From Anaerolineales bacterium (GTDB lineage: Bacteria > Chloroflexota > Anaerolineae > Anaerolineales > E44-bin32), in NCBI GenBank assembly GCA_034430615.1, contig DAOUEJ010000216.1, positions 19,016 to 83,015 of the forward strand: a DNA stretch of 64,000 nucleotides, written 5' to 3'. Position numbers and translations under genes: made by a program. The notes under the pieces are model-generated. The model did not search any database. It was given only the letters and a program-made list of their open reading frames with translations, and had not been told where the DNA came from. Positions 56,508 through 64,000 of this stretch are shown one piece after another. How positions within the stretch are numbered: position 1 is the first letter of the stretch; each line of letters opens with the position of its first letter.

Positions 56508-58730
56508 CTAGAGCAGCGGGAGCTGCGGGTCCTCGTGCTCGGGTGGGTCAATCGCCATGCGCTCCTTGAAGTTTGCCATCGTGATGGTCGTTTCAGCAGC
56601 CAGCCGGCGGACATGCCGGAACTTTATAACCCGCAGGCCGCTCTCCAGCCAGGCCTTGAAATGGGGGTCACGGCGGGTGCGTTCTGCAATCAACCCCGCT
56701 CGTCCACCAGGGACGACGAAGGTCAGCCGTTCTTGGTCGGCAGGCTGGGGCAGGTGACCCCAGCCTGCGGTTTCACGGATTTCGAAGGCGTGACCTGCTC
56801 CAGCCTCTCCAGTCTGCCAGATCACGCGTTCACCGGCATCGACCTCGAACCCCAGCCGCCTTCCCAACTCAACGAGCAGCGCCTGCATCTCGACACAATC
56901 GGCTTTTCGCAGCTCTGGATCGTCTTCAGCTCTCAAGTGCCATATATCCGCATCAGCAATTTTCAATGCATAAGACTGGAGGCAGGCATAGACCCAACGA
57001 CGGTCGGGTGTCAGCAATCCGGGGAATTGCTCGCAAACGGCTTGGTCCAACTCCCGACCCCGGACCTGCCTCTGATCCCGAAGCTGCCCGAGTATGCACC
57101 ATTCGACTCGGTCGAGCAGTGGATCTTCGGCTACATCCGGCTGTTTGAGGTCATAGACGCCACTTTCAGGTTCGCTCCCGCGGCTCAAATGTTCAAAGGG
57201 CTGCCTTTGCAGCACCTGCTCGATCTGATCCACCAACGATTGCATCGGATGACGCTGGGGCGCAGTCCAATCCTGATCGAGCTGCCGGAGTTCGGTGATC
57301 CGCGTCCAGGCCGCTGCGTGCAGGCAAGAGTAGGGCGCGGGCTGCGCATGCTCCACCAGGAGCTCTTGCATGGCGCGACGCAGTTCCACGTTCTCGATCC
57401 CGCGTCGGGATGCATGTTGTTCGCCTCGTTCGTTGACCCACTGCCCAACCAGCTGCTGATCATCACTGCGCAGTGCACAGCCGCTGAGTTTGAACCCGGC
57501 CCCCTCCACCCCGGCCATTGTCGCAGCCACAAAACCTGGTTCGGCTTCCGGTATATATACGATGGCTGGGTGGGATTGTGGGTAGCAGTCAGCGACGCTG
57601 CGCAAGACCGTCCGGATCGCCGTAGCATGCCAACCCCAGTCATATCGCCGCCGGCGAAGTGCGACCTTGATCGGCGCCGCCGCATCCCGCCCCCACAGCC
57701 AGGCTGTCCACAGCGCGCTCAGAGTCCAGAATGCCTGGTTCGGGCGGGGTGGGATCGTCAAGATAAGATCAATCCCATCGAATGCATGCTGCTCACGGCA
57801 CAAATCACGCGCCGGGCCGGGATAAAGACACACACCTGACGCTCGTCCTTGCCGAGTGCTGTCCCATTCGTGAACATCTACCCCCTCATCGTGCATCGCC
57901 CACTGGTCCAGTCCACGCTCAAGGGCGCGCCATACATTGAACTCTCTGTAACGGGAGGAGGCGATTAGTTGCCGGGGTCGCGTGCGACCCTCAGGGTAGC
58001 TCCACAAAGCATTGGCGGCGTCAAAGGCAGTGAGCAACAGGGCTTGCGTTGCGGCCAGCGTGCGTGCCTCAATGTTGGCCTGCGCAACTTTGTTCAGGAT
58101 CGTGATCAGGGCGAAGATCGCCCGACCCGGGTAAACAGATAAGGCAGCCTCAGCATGCTTGCGATCAGGATCTCCGGGTGGTGCCAGACTGTCCAGGGCT
58201 ACCGCAGCCTGCATGCTGCTGCGTGAGTAGTCTAGAGCGTTATCCCAATCCTCTTCGGTCGTGATGCTTTCTCCTGCATGTGAGCAGTGTTCGCATGAAT
58301 AAACCTTGTGTGAGGGCCCACCCAACTCCTTATCCCAGATGAAGTATTCAACATCGACGATTTCTCCACAGCGGGCGCAGCGGCTGCGGTAGAGGTCGAT
58401 GATGAAGGGTTCGAGACGCGTTTCATCCTTAGGGATTGCCGCCAGATGCGCGAGCGCAGCCTGGAGTTCTGCTACGCTGAAGGGTTGCAGAGTATAGCGG
58501 GTGACGAAGCGAGTGATCGGGTTATTGATAGCGAGGGTAATTTCACACCCTGCAAGTGCACACTCCAGCGCAAGCTGCGGAGAGGTACCAAAGGGATCGA
58601 AGACCCGCCGTACCCGTGGAAGCTTCCCTTCCAGCAACCGAAGGACAACCCCTTCCTCGAGCGGGGGAAGAAACCTCTCGAGCGGGTTCGGCCGTACCTC
58701 TGAATTCCCAACAGGCAGCGCAACGTTCAT
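56508..58730 (-). CDS. Large hypothetical protein with degenerate N6/N4 DNA-methyltransferase-like motifs and a Cys4 zinc ribbon
   Basis: 740 aa. VFDPFGTSPQLALECALAGCEITLAINNP resembles motif I (DPF.GSGT...G....G.E.NP) with the Gly-rich loop lost. CARCG...(x27)...CEHC is a zinc ribbon. DLILTIPPRPNQ resembles motif IV (DPPY) with both D and Y replaced. Confidence 0.5.
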   Translation of the reverse strand: MNVALPVGNSEVRPNPLERFLPPLEEGVVLRLLEGKLPRVRRVFDPFGTSPQLALECALAGCEITLAINNPITRFVTRYTLQPFSVAELQAALAHLAAIPKDETRLEPFIIDLYRSRCARCGEIVDVEYFIWDKELGGPSHKVYSCEHCSHAGESITTEEDWDNALDYSRSSMQAAVALDSLAPPGDPDRKHAEAALSVYPGRAIFALITILNKVAQANIEARTLAATQALLLTAFDAANALWSYPEGRTRPRQLIASSRYREFNVWRALERGLDQWAMHDEGVDVHEWDSTRQGRASGVCLYPGPARDLCREQHAFDGIDLILTIPPRPNQAFWTLSALWTAWLWGRDAAAPIKVALRRRRYDWGWHATAIRTVLRSVADCYPQSHPAIVYIPEAEPGFVAATMAGVEGAGFKLSGCALRSDDQQLVGQWVNERGEQHASRRGIENVELRRAMQELLVEHAQPAPYSCLHAAAWTRITELRQLDQDWTAPQRHPMQSLVDQIEQVLQRQPFEHLSRGSEPESGVYDLKQPDVAEDPLLDRVEWCILGQLRDQRQVRGRELDQAVCEQFPGLLTPDRRWVYACLQSYALKIADADIWHLRAEDDPELRKADCVEMQALLVELGRRLGFEVDAGERVIWQTGEAGAGHAFEIRETAGWGHLPQPADQERLTFVVPGGRAGLIAERTRRDPHFKAWLESGLRVIKFRHVRRLAAETTITMANFKERMAIDPPEHEDPQLPLL

Positions 58731-58816
58731 AATCTCCAGTATACGTCAACCCCTGCATTGGCTGATTCAGAATACACCATCTTGTCCTGCGCGGTCTCAG
58801 GCCTTAGACTGTTACT

Positions 58817-60097
58817 ATGCGCACACGCCTCCAAAGCCAACGAACCATCCCAAATTTGCTGGTACTCAGCCTGGCTCTTTACGGCTGTGGAACAGCATCG
58901 CCGGGTAGATCTGGGGCGGCCTTGGTGCTGCCGACAGGCTCTGATGCGGAAACGAGTGAAACCGCAGGCACTCCACAGATCATCGACCCTGCCCCGGAAG
59001 CTTGCCCGATCCCACCCGCCTCCCCGAACTTGCCGGCCCTCGCTGATTCCCGCACATGGGCGAGCGATCTATCGGGTTACCTGAACCAGGGCGGCTTGCT
59101 TACTGCCTTGATCGATGGGCTGAGGCAACGTCCTTTAATCCAGGGTTTCGCGAGCACCGGGAAGATCGCCGATCTCGACTCGAACGGGTACCAGGACCTG
59201 GCGTTGACGATCCTCGAGGACTCGACGCAAGGCATCGCCGCAGGCAGCCTGCTGATTTTCCTCTGCCAGGAAGATCATTTCGAACTTTCCTACCTGTCCC
59301 CGCCGGGCGAAAATCAAACTTTGCCTGAGATTGCAGCCGTGCGTGACTTGAACGCCGATGGCGTGACCGATCTGCTGCTTTCTTCCCACATCTGCGGGGC
59401 ACATAGCTGTTTTATCGAGCTGCAGCTGTTCAGCTGGGATCGATCTCGATTTGCGAACATCCTTGATGGGCGAAGTGATGACCTGCCGAACCCTACGCTC
59501 ACCCTCGAAGGACCTGACCCAGATGGCACCTGGCGTATATCACTGACCGGGACCGGGATCAGCTCGGCCGGCGCCGGACCTTACCGTGAACGGACGCGTA
59601 CCTGGTCGTGGGATGCTGCTGCAGCAACTTTTATTGCCGCTCCCGACCTGCTCCAGCCGCCCCGGTACCGCATCCATATGCTCCACGATGCCGATCTGGC
59701 AGCGGCGAGCGGGGATATGGTTTCAGCTTCCCAGGACTACGCTCGGGTGATCGAGGATGGCACACTGGATGATTGGATTGGCGGGGAGTCGAGCCGGCGC
59801 TCACTGGCCGCGTTCGCCGCGTTCCGGCAGATGTGGCTGCATCTCTGGCAGGGAGAGACCAGGGAGGCAAGCGCCGTACTCGAATTCCTGCAAGCCTCTG
59901 CGACAAACGACAGCGCCGACGTGCTTGAGATGGCCCGGATCACATTCGAAACTTACCAGCTGGAGGGGATCGAAGCGGCCTGCAGCGCCGCCCAAGCCTT
60001 TGCCGCCGCGCATCAGCAGGGTGTGCTCGAGCCGCTCAACTTCGGCTACGCAAACCGTTCCTTCAACCTTCCCGACATTTGCCTCAACCCAGATTGA
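58817..60097 (+). CDS. Putative lipoprotein with FG-GAP/VCBS-like repeats
   Basis: Signal peptide ending LALYGC. Ca-binding-like repeats DLDSNGYQDLAL and DLNADGVTDLLL. No catalytic motif. Confidence 0.5.
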   Translation: MRTRLQSQRTIPNLLVLSLALYGCGTASPGRSGAALVLPTGSDAETSETAGTPQIIDPAPEACPIPPASPNLPALADSRTWASDLSGYLNQGGLLTALIDGLRQRPLIQGFASTGKIADLDSNGYQDLALTILEDSTQGIAAGSLLIFLCQEDHFELSYLSPPGENQTLPEIAAVRDLNADGVTDLLLSSHICGAHSCFIELQLFSWDRSRFANILDGRSDDLPNPTLTLEGPDPDGTWRISLTGTGISSAGAGPYRERTRTWSWDAAAATFIAAPDLLQPPRYRIHMLHDADLAAASGDMVSASQDYARVIEDGTLDDWIGGESSRRSLAAFAAFRQMWLHLWQGETREASAVLEFLQASATNDSADVLEMARITFETYQLEGIEAACSAAQAFAAAHQQGVLEPLNFGYANRSFNLPDICLNPD

Positions 60098-60120
60098 ATT
60101 GACCTCGACTGGAGCAAGCC

Positions 60121-61248
60121 ATGCCACCGCTTAGCCTCGCCGATCTGCAGCCTAGGATGCCCACTCTCCTGCGCACACTGCGCCAGCTGGTTGAATTCGA
60201 ATCCCCGACAACAGCCAAGGAACATATCGACCTGCTTGGCTCTTTTATCACCGGTGAAATGGAACGAATCGGCGCGCACGTGACGCGCGATGCGCAGGAG
60301 AAAGCAGGTGACCACTTGCTGGGCACCTGGGGGGCGGCGACTCCCGGGATATTACTGCTCACCCATATCGACACTGTCCATCCGCTTGATTCGCTTGAAC
60401 ACATGCCGTGGCGGGAGAGCGAGCAGGCTGTGTATGGCCCAGGCGTGCTCGATATGAAGGTGAGCGTCGCCATGGCGCTCACGGCTCTTTCGGCGCTAAG
60501 GGAGGCCGGGAAGCTCCCGGTCGGCGTGTCCCTGCTCTGCACATCGGATGAGGAGACGGGCAGCCGGTCCTCCCGGAAGCTGATCGAGGAACTGGCCTCA
60601 AAGGCCGTGATCGTTCTGTGCCTCGAGCCAGCACTGCCTGGCGGTGCCCTGAAGACATGGCGAAAAGGCATCCTCGGGTTCAGGATCGATGTCCTCGGTA
60701 CAGCCGCCCACGCTGGAAGCGATATCCACAATGGGGTCAACGCGATTTTAGAAATGTCACACCAGGTGCAGGCAGTTACCGCACTAGCCGACGAGGAGGC
60801 TGAAACGACGGTGAGTGTCGGCGTGATCGCGGGAGGGACTCGATCGAACGTGGTCCCGCAATCCTGCTGGGCTCGGATCGATGTGCGCGCAAAGACCGTT
60901 GCAGAAGGGGAGCGGATCCTGAGAGACATGCACGCCTTAGAACCCGTTCTCCCCGGGGCTCAACTCGATGTGCGAGGCGGTTGGAAACGCCCGCCGATGG
61001 AGCGCGATGACAAGATGCAGGCCACCTTTCAGCGCGCCCGGCTGATTGGTGAGACATTGGGAATGAGCCTGATCGAAGGTGGCACCGGTGGCGGTTCAGA
61101 TGCGAATTTCGTGGCCCAGCTTGGCGTGCCTGTCCTCGATGGACTTGGAGCCCTGGGACGCGGCGCCCACACTCATGACGAGCTGGTGGAAATCGACACG
61201 CTCGCAGAACGGACCACACTCCTCGCGGCTCTGATCAGCGAGTGGTAA
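60121..61248 (+). CDS. M20-family metallopeptidase (glutamate carboxypeptidase / CPG2-like)
   Basis: LLLTHIDTVHP, YGPGVLDMKVSVAMAL, TSDEETGS and GGGSDANF are M20 metal and catalytic blocks. Confidence 0.85.
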   Translation: MPPLSLADLQPRMPTLLRTLRQLVEFESPTTAKEHIDLLGSFITGEMERIGAHVTRDAQEKAGDHLLGTWGAATPGILLLTHIDTVHPLDSLEHMPWRESEQAVYGPGVLDMKVSVAMALTALSALREAGKLPVGVSLLCTSDEETGSRSSRKLIEELASKAVIVLCLEPALPGGALKTWRKGILGFRIDVLGTAAHAGSDIHNGVNAILEMSHQVQAVTALADEEAETTVSVGVIAGGTRSNVVPQSCWARIDVRAKTVAEGERILRDMHALEPVLPGAQLDVRGGWKRPPMERDDKMQATFQRARLIGETLGMSLIEGGTGGGSDANFVAQLGVPVLDGLGALGRGAHTHDELVEIDTLAERTTLLAALISEW

Positions 61249-62533
61249 CCACTTGACCCGCAGCCTCCCACAGATCCTGGACCTGGCGCATTCGGGCCAT
61301 CTGCTGCAGGAAGGCATACGGGGATTCGGCCCGATCCCATAATTTCCGAACGGCCTCCCCCACTGGATCATCACCTGCCGCACCGCCCGGCTCATCCGCA
61401 TAAGCTCCGTGAAAGGCGAAGTAAGCCTGATTGAGGCGTCGAATGCGGTAGCCTCGATCCCAGAAGAAGACCCTGCGAGCTTCCATATAGGCTTCCGCCT
61501 GTTCGATTTCCCCTTGCTCTAATAGCTGATCCACCGTCATACGTGTCTGGCGCATTTCAGCCTGGAAATCGAACTCGGGTTCCGCTGCAGGATCGCTGGG
61601 TGGCGCGCTGGCAGCGGGCTCTGGCGGAAGCAGTTCGGGATAGAACTGACGCAGGATTTCACGCCCGATCGCAACCCCCATCAGCGAAGCAGTCGTCTCG
61701 TTCATGGTCCGCAGCTCGGGTGAGGCGCTATAGCGCACACCGAGTGGGTGCAACGATAAGTAGTTGTGAACCCACTCATGTCCGATGACCTCGGTCACCC
61801 AAACCAGAGCGGTGCTCTCCTGCACCATGGTCGGGTACGTTCCCAAGCCACCGACCGGCACCACTAGCGCAGAGGACCCGGTTGATGCTTCCACCGCCTG
61901 CTCAAGCTCAATATTGGCATCCAGGTCGAGGTCCAGGCGTAAATTAATATTCAGGTCCTGGCGAATTACGTCTCGAGGAGAGACGATCAGCGCGCTCGGA
62001 AGCGGTGCAAAAGTAAAGGACAGGGGTGGGATGATCGCACCCCCAACCCCAAACCCAAGCTCCCGCAGGATTTGTTCAGCCTGGGATCCAAGCACTTCCT
62101 CCGCAAGCGGACGCATCGCGCCGGCTTCGGAGTTAAGTGCGGCTACGCGTGCGGTCAATTCCTGCAGGTGCTGGTCGCGATCTTCGAGCCCGGGCTCCCC
62201 ATAGGCCAACTCGAGCTCACCCCGTGCTTCGTGCAAGTGACCGAGAGCCGCTAGATAGTCAAAAACAAGCTGCTGATCACGCGCAGGGGCAAGATACTCA
62301 GCAGCAGATAGGCTGGTGCTGGCGGCTTTCTCGATCCAGGCACTCAATGTCCAGCCAAGGAAATTGAATTCGACCGGGCGGGTCAGGAGCCGGATGCGAT
62401 CGGTTTGATCGACGACGAGCAAGCTGCTTCCCCCGAGCAGTATGAGGGTGATTAGCAGTAAAAGACTTCGCCTGAACCCTGTCCAGAAACCCAGCAGGAA
62501 TGCGCGCATGCCGGCATCATACCAAGCTAACAA
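61235..62533 (-). CDS. Membrane-anchored hypothetical protein with an HExxH motif (putative metallopeptidase)
   Basis: N-terminal TM helix. HEWVH occurs in VTEVIGHEWVHNYL, with a downstream NETTA. Family not recognised. Convergent 14-nt overlap with the M20 gene. Confidence 0.45.
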   Translation of the reverse strand: MLAWYDAGMRAFLLGFWTGFRRSLLLLITLILLGGSSLLVVDQTDRIRLLTRPVEFNFLGWTLSAWIEKAASTSLSAAEYLAPARDQQLVFDYLAALGHLHEARGELELAYGEPGLEDRDQHLQELTARVAALNSEAGAMRPLAEEVLGSQAEQILRELGFGVGGAIIPPLSFTFAPLPSALIVSPRDVIRQDLNINLRLDLDLDANIELEQAVEASTGSSALVVPVGGLGTYPTMVQESTALVWVTEVIGHEWVHNYLSLHPLGVRYSASPELRTMNETTASLMGVAIGREILRQFYPELLPPEPAASAPPSDPAAEPEFDFQAEMRQTRMTVDQLLEQGEIEQAEAYMEARRVFFWDRGYRIRRLNQAYFAFHGAYADEPGGAAGDDPVGEAVRKLWDRAESPYAFLQQMARMRQVQDLWEAAGQVVTTR

Positions 62534-62607
62534 GGCGAGTCAAGCTGGAGAATGGCTATGTTATAATCTCGCCTCACAGACCCCCGGTGGGATCTGTCGA
62601 AAACCTT

Positions 62608-63534
62608 ATGAACTTCCTCGTCACCGGCGCAGCCGGCTTTCTGGGTTCAAATCTCGCAAATCGTCTTGCCCGCGAAGGGCATCAAATCCGTGGTCTCGAT
62701 GACCTAAGCGCCGGTGACCCGGCCCGGCTCGGTTCTGAGATCCTCTTCACGCGCGGTGATGTAACCGACCGACCTAAACTCTGGACGCTGCTCCAGGACG
62801 TGGATTGTGTCTATCACCTTGCAGCCAAGGTTTCGGTTCCCGAATCAGTCCTTTACCCTCGCGAATACAACATCATCAATGTCGGCGGGACGGTGAGCGT
62901 GATGGAGGCGATGCGCGATGTCGGGGTAAGAAGGGTGGTATTCATTTCCTCCGGTGCGATTTATGGCGATGGAGGCACACAGGTTTTGAATGAGTTGGAC
63001 GCCCCCCGCCCCAGTTCACCCTACGCAGTGAGCAAACTCGCTGCAGAGCACTACGTCCGCACGATTGGAAAGCTATGGGGTATCGAGACGGTCTCGCTGC
63101 GGGTTTTCAATGCATACGGTCCGGGCCAGCCATTATCCGTCGCCCACCCTCCAGTCATACCCCACTTCCTGCGCGAGGCCGCCCTGGGTGGAACTTTGAT
63201 TATTCACGGCCAGGGCGAGCAGACACGCGACTTCGTCTACATTGATGACGTGATCGAAGCCATGGTCGCAGCCGCGACCGCTCCCACAATCGATCAGTCC
63301 GTGATCAACATTGGCAGCGGTGAAGCGACAAGCATCAAGACCCTCGGGCAGTACGTAATCGAAGCCATCGGGGCCAAGGTACAATGGATCTACAAGGAAG
63401 ACAACGATCCAGGTCCCTCTCACATGTGTGCTGATATCACCCTCGCTCGCAAGAAACTGGGCTACCAACCCCGCTACAGCCTGCAGGAAGGCCTGGATCG
63501 GATGATCCTCAAAGATGCCCGTTTCCAAGCGTGA
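62608..63534 (+). CDS. NAD-dependent epimerase/dehydratase (UDP-glucose 4-epimerase family SDR)
   Basis: ATG 62608. Rossmann motif VTGAAGFLGSNL and catalytic YAVSKLAAE (YxxxK). Confidence 0.88.
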   Translation: MNFLVTGAAGFLGSNLANRLAREGHQIRGLDDLSAGDPARLGSEILFTRGDVTDRPKLWTLLQDVDCVYHLAAKVSVPESVLYPREYNIINVGGTVSVMEAMRDVGVRRVVFISSGAIYGDGGTQVLNELDAPRPSSPYAVSKLAAEHYVRTIGKLWGIETVSLRVFNAYGPGQPLSVAHPPVIPHFLREAALGGTLIIHGQGEQTRDFVYIDDVIEAMVAAATAPTIDQSVINIGSGEATSIKTLGQYVIEAIGAKVQWIYKEDNDPGPSHMCADITLARKKLGYQPRYSLQEGLDRMILKDARFQA

Positions 63535-63592
63535 TGCCATCAGCAAATGAGCCCCGGATGGATCCGGCGAGCCACCCAACGGACCTGATCAC

Positions 63593-64000
63593 GTGAAACA
63601 GGGAGCTCGCCTTAAGCGCCCTTTCTTCGAGAGTGAGACGCTCACTGTCGCCCGTAAACTACTGGGAAAATCGCTCGTTAAGATTGAATCTGACGGGACC
63701 CGCCTGTGCGGCTCCATCGTCGAAACGGAAGCCTATGTCGGCGTAGATGATCTCGCGTGCCACGCCCGTGTCGGCCGGACCCGGCGTAACGCCGCGATGT
63801 GGGGTGACCCCGGGCATGCCTATGTCTATTTCACCTACGGCATGCACTGGATGCTGAACCTAGTCACCGAGCGAACCGGGTTTCCAGCCGCAGTACTTGT
63901 GCGAGCGCTTGTGCCGCGAGAAGGGCTGGCACGCATCCGATCACAACGTCCAGGACGTCCACTGTCTGAGCTTTGTAATGGACCAGCCAAGCTATGCCAA
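63593..64000 (+). CDS. mpg: DNA-3-methyladenine glycosylase (Mpg/AAG family), 3' end cut by the window edge
   Basis: Not in the track because it runs off the window. My translation from GTG 63593: VKQGARLKRPFFESETLTVARKLLGKSLVKIESDGTRLCGSIVETEAYVGVDDLACHARVGRTRRNAAMWGDPGHAYVYFTYGMHWMLNLVTE..., the canonical Mpg pattern. Confidence 0.85.
   Translation, partial: MKQGARLKRPFFESETLTVARKLLGKSLVKIESDGTRLCGSIVETEAYVGVDDLACHARVGRTRRNAAMWGDPGHAYVYFTYGMHWMLNLVTERTGFPAAVLVRALVPREGLARIRSQRPGRPLSELCNGPAKLCQ

Noticed and set aside
56535-57839. 434-aa plus-strand ORF antisense to the 740-aa gene. Similar long antisense or shadow ORFs include 16577..17392, 60084..60929, 38053..38730, 34686..35321, 47712..48383 and 50547..51308.
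   Set aside because: Their translations are Arg/Pro/Ser/Gly-rich and low-complexity, with no motifs. Each lies fully inside a well-supported gene on the other strand. These are the typical stop-poor shadow frames of GC-rich DNA.

Overview
GC-rich, densely coding 64-kb chromosomal segment. Gene content and style (many secreted or membrane-anchored hydrolases, Thr/Pro-rich linkers, GTAG-headed REP palindromes) suggest a Chloroflexota (Anaerolineae-like) genome; that is inference only. I support about 55 CDS: housekeeping genes (leuS, dtd, plsY, ridA, an EF-G paralog, PBP1A, mpg, comEC), a sugar ABC transporter operon, an OmpR/histidine-kinase pair and many hydrolases. There are also two tandem tRNA-Ala genes, a T-box leader with a Leu (CUC) specifier upstream of leuS, one IS1182-family element, and a rayT (REP-associated tyrosine transposase) gene flanked by inverted GTAG-headed REPs. 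Four signals are not explained by the ORF track. (1) Two selenoprotein genes are hidden by in-frame UGA: a SelW-like/Rdx protein at 26808..27050 (-), absent from the track, and a PrdB/GrdB-family selenoprotein B homolog at 9744..10631 (+), which the track splits into two ORFs. Each has a hairpin downstream of the UGA where a bacterial SECIS would sit. (2) A CPA1 Na+/H+ antiporter carries a C-terminal DarA/PstA-like (PII-like c-di-AMP receptor) domain. A stand-alone DarA-like paralog starts 1 nt after its stop codon. (3) A family of GTAGGGGC + variable-hairpin repeats flanks rayT, sits inside the rayT coding sequence, and coincides with the IS1182 termini. (4) A 740-aa orphan protein has degenerate DNA-methyltransferase motifs plus a zinc ribbon. 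No CRISPR array, rRNA or prophage was seen. All family assignments come from motif recognition by eye; no searches were run.
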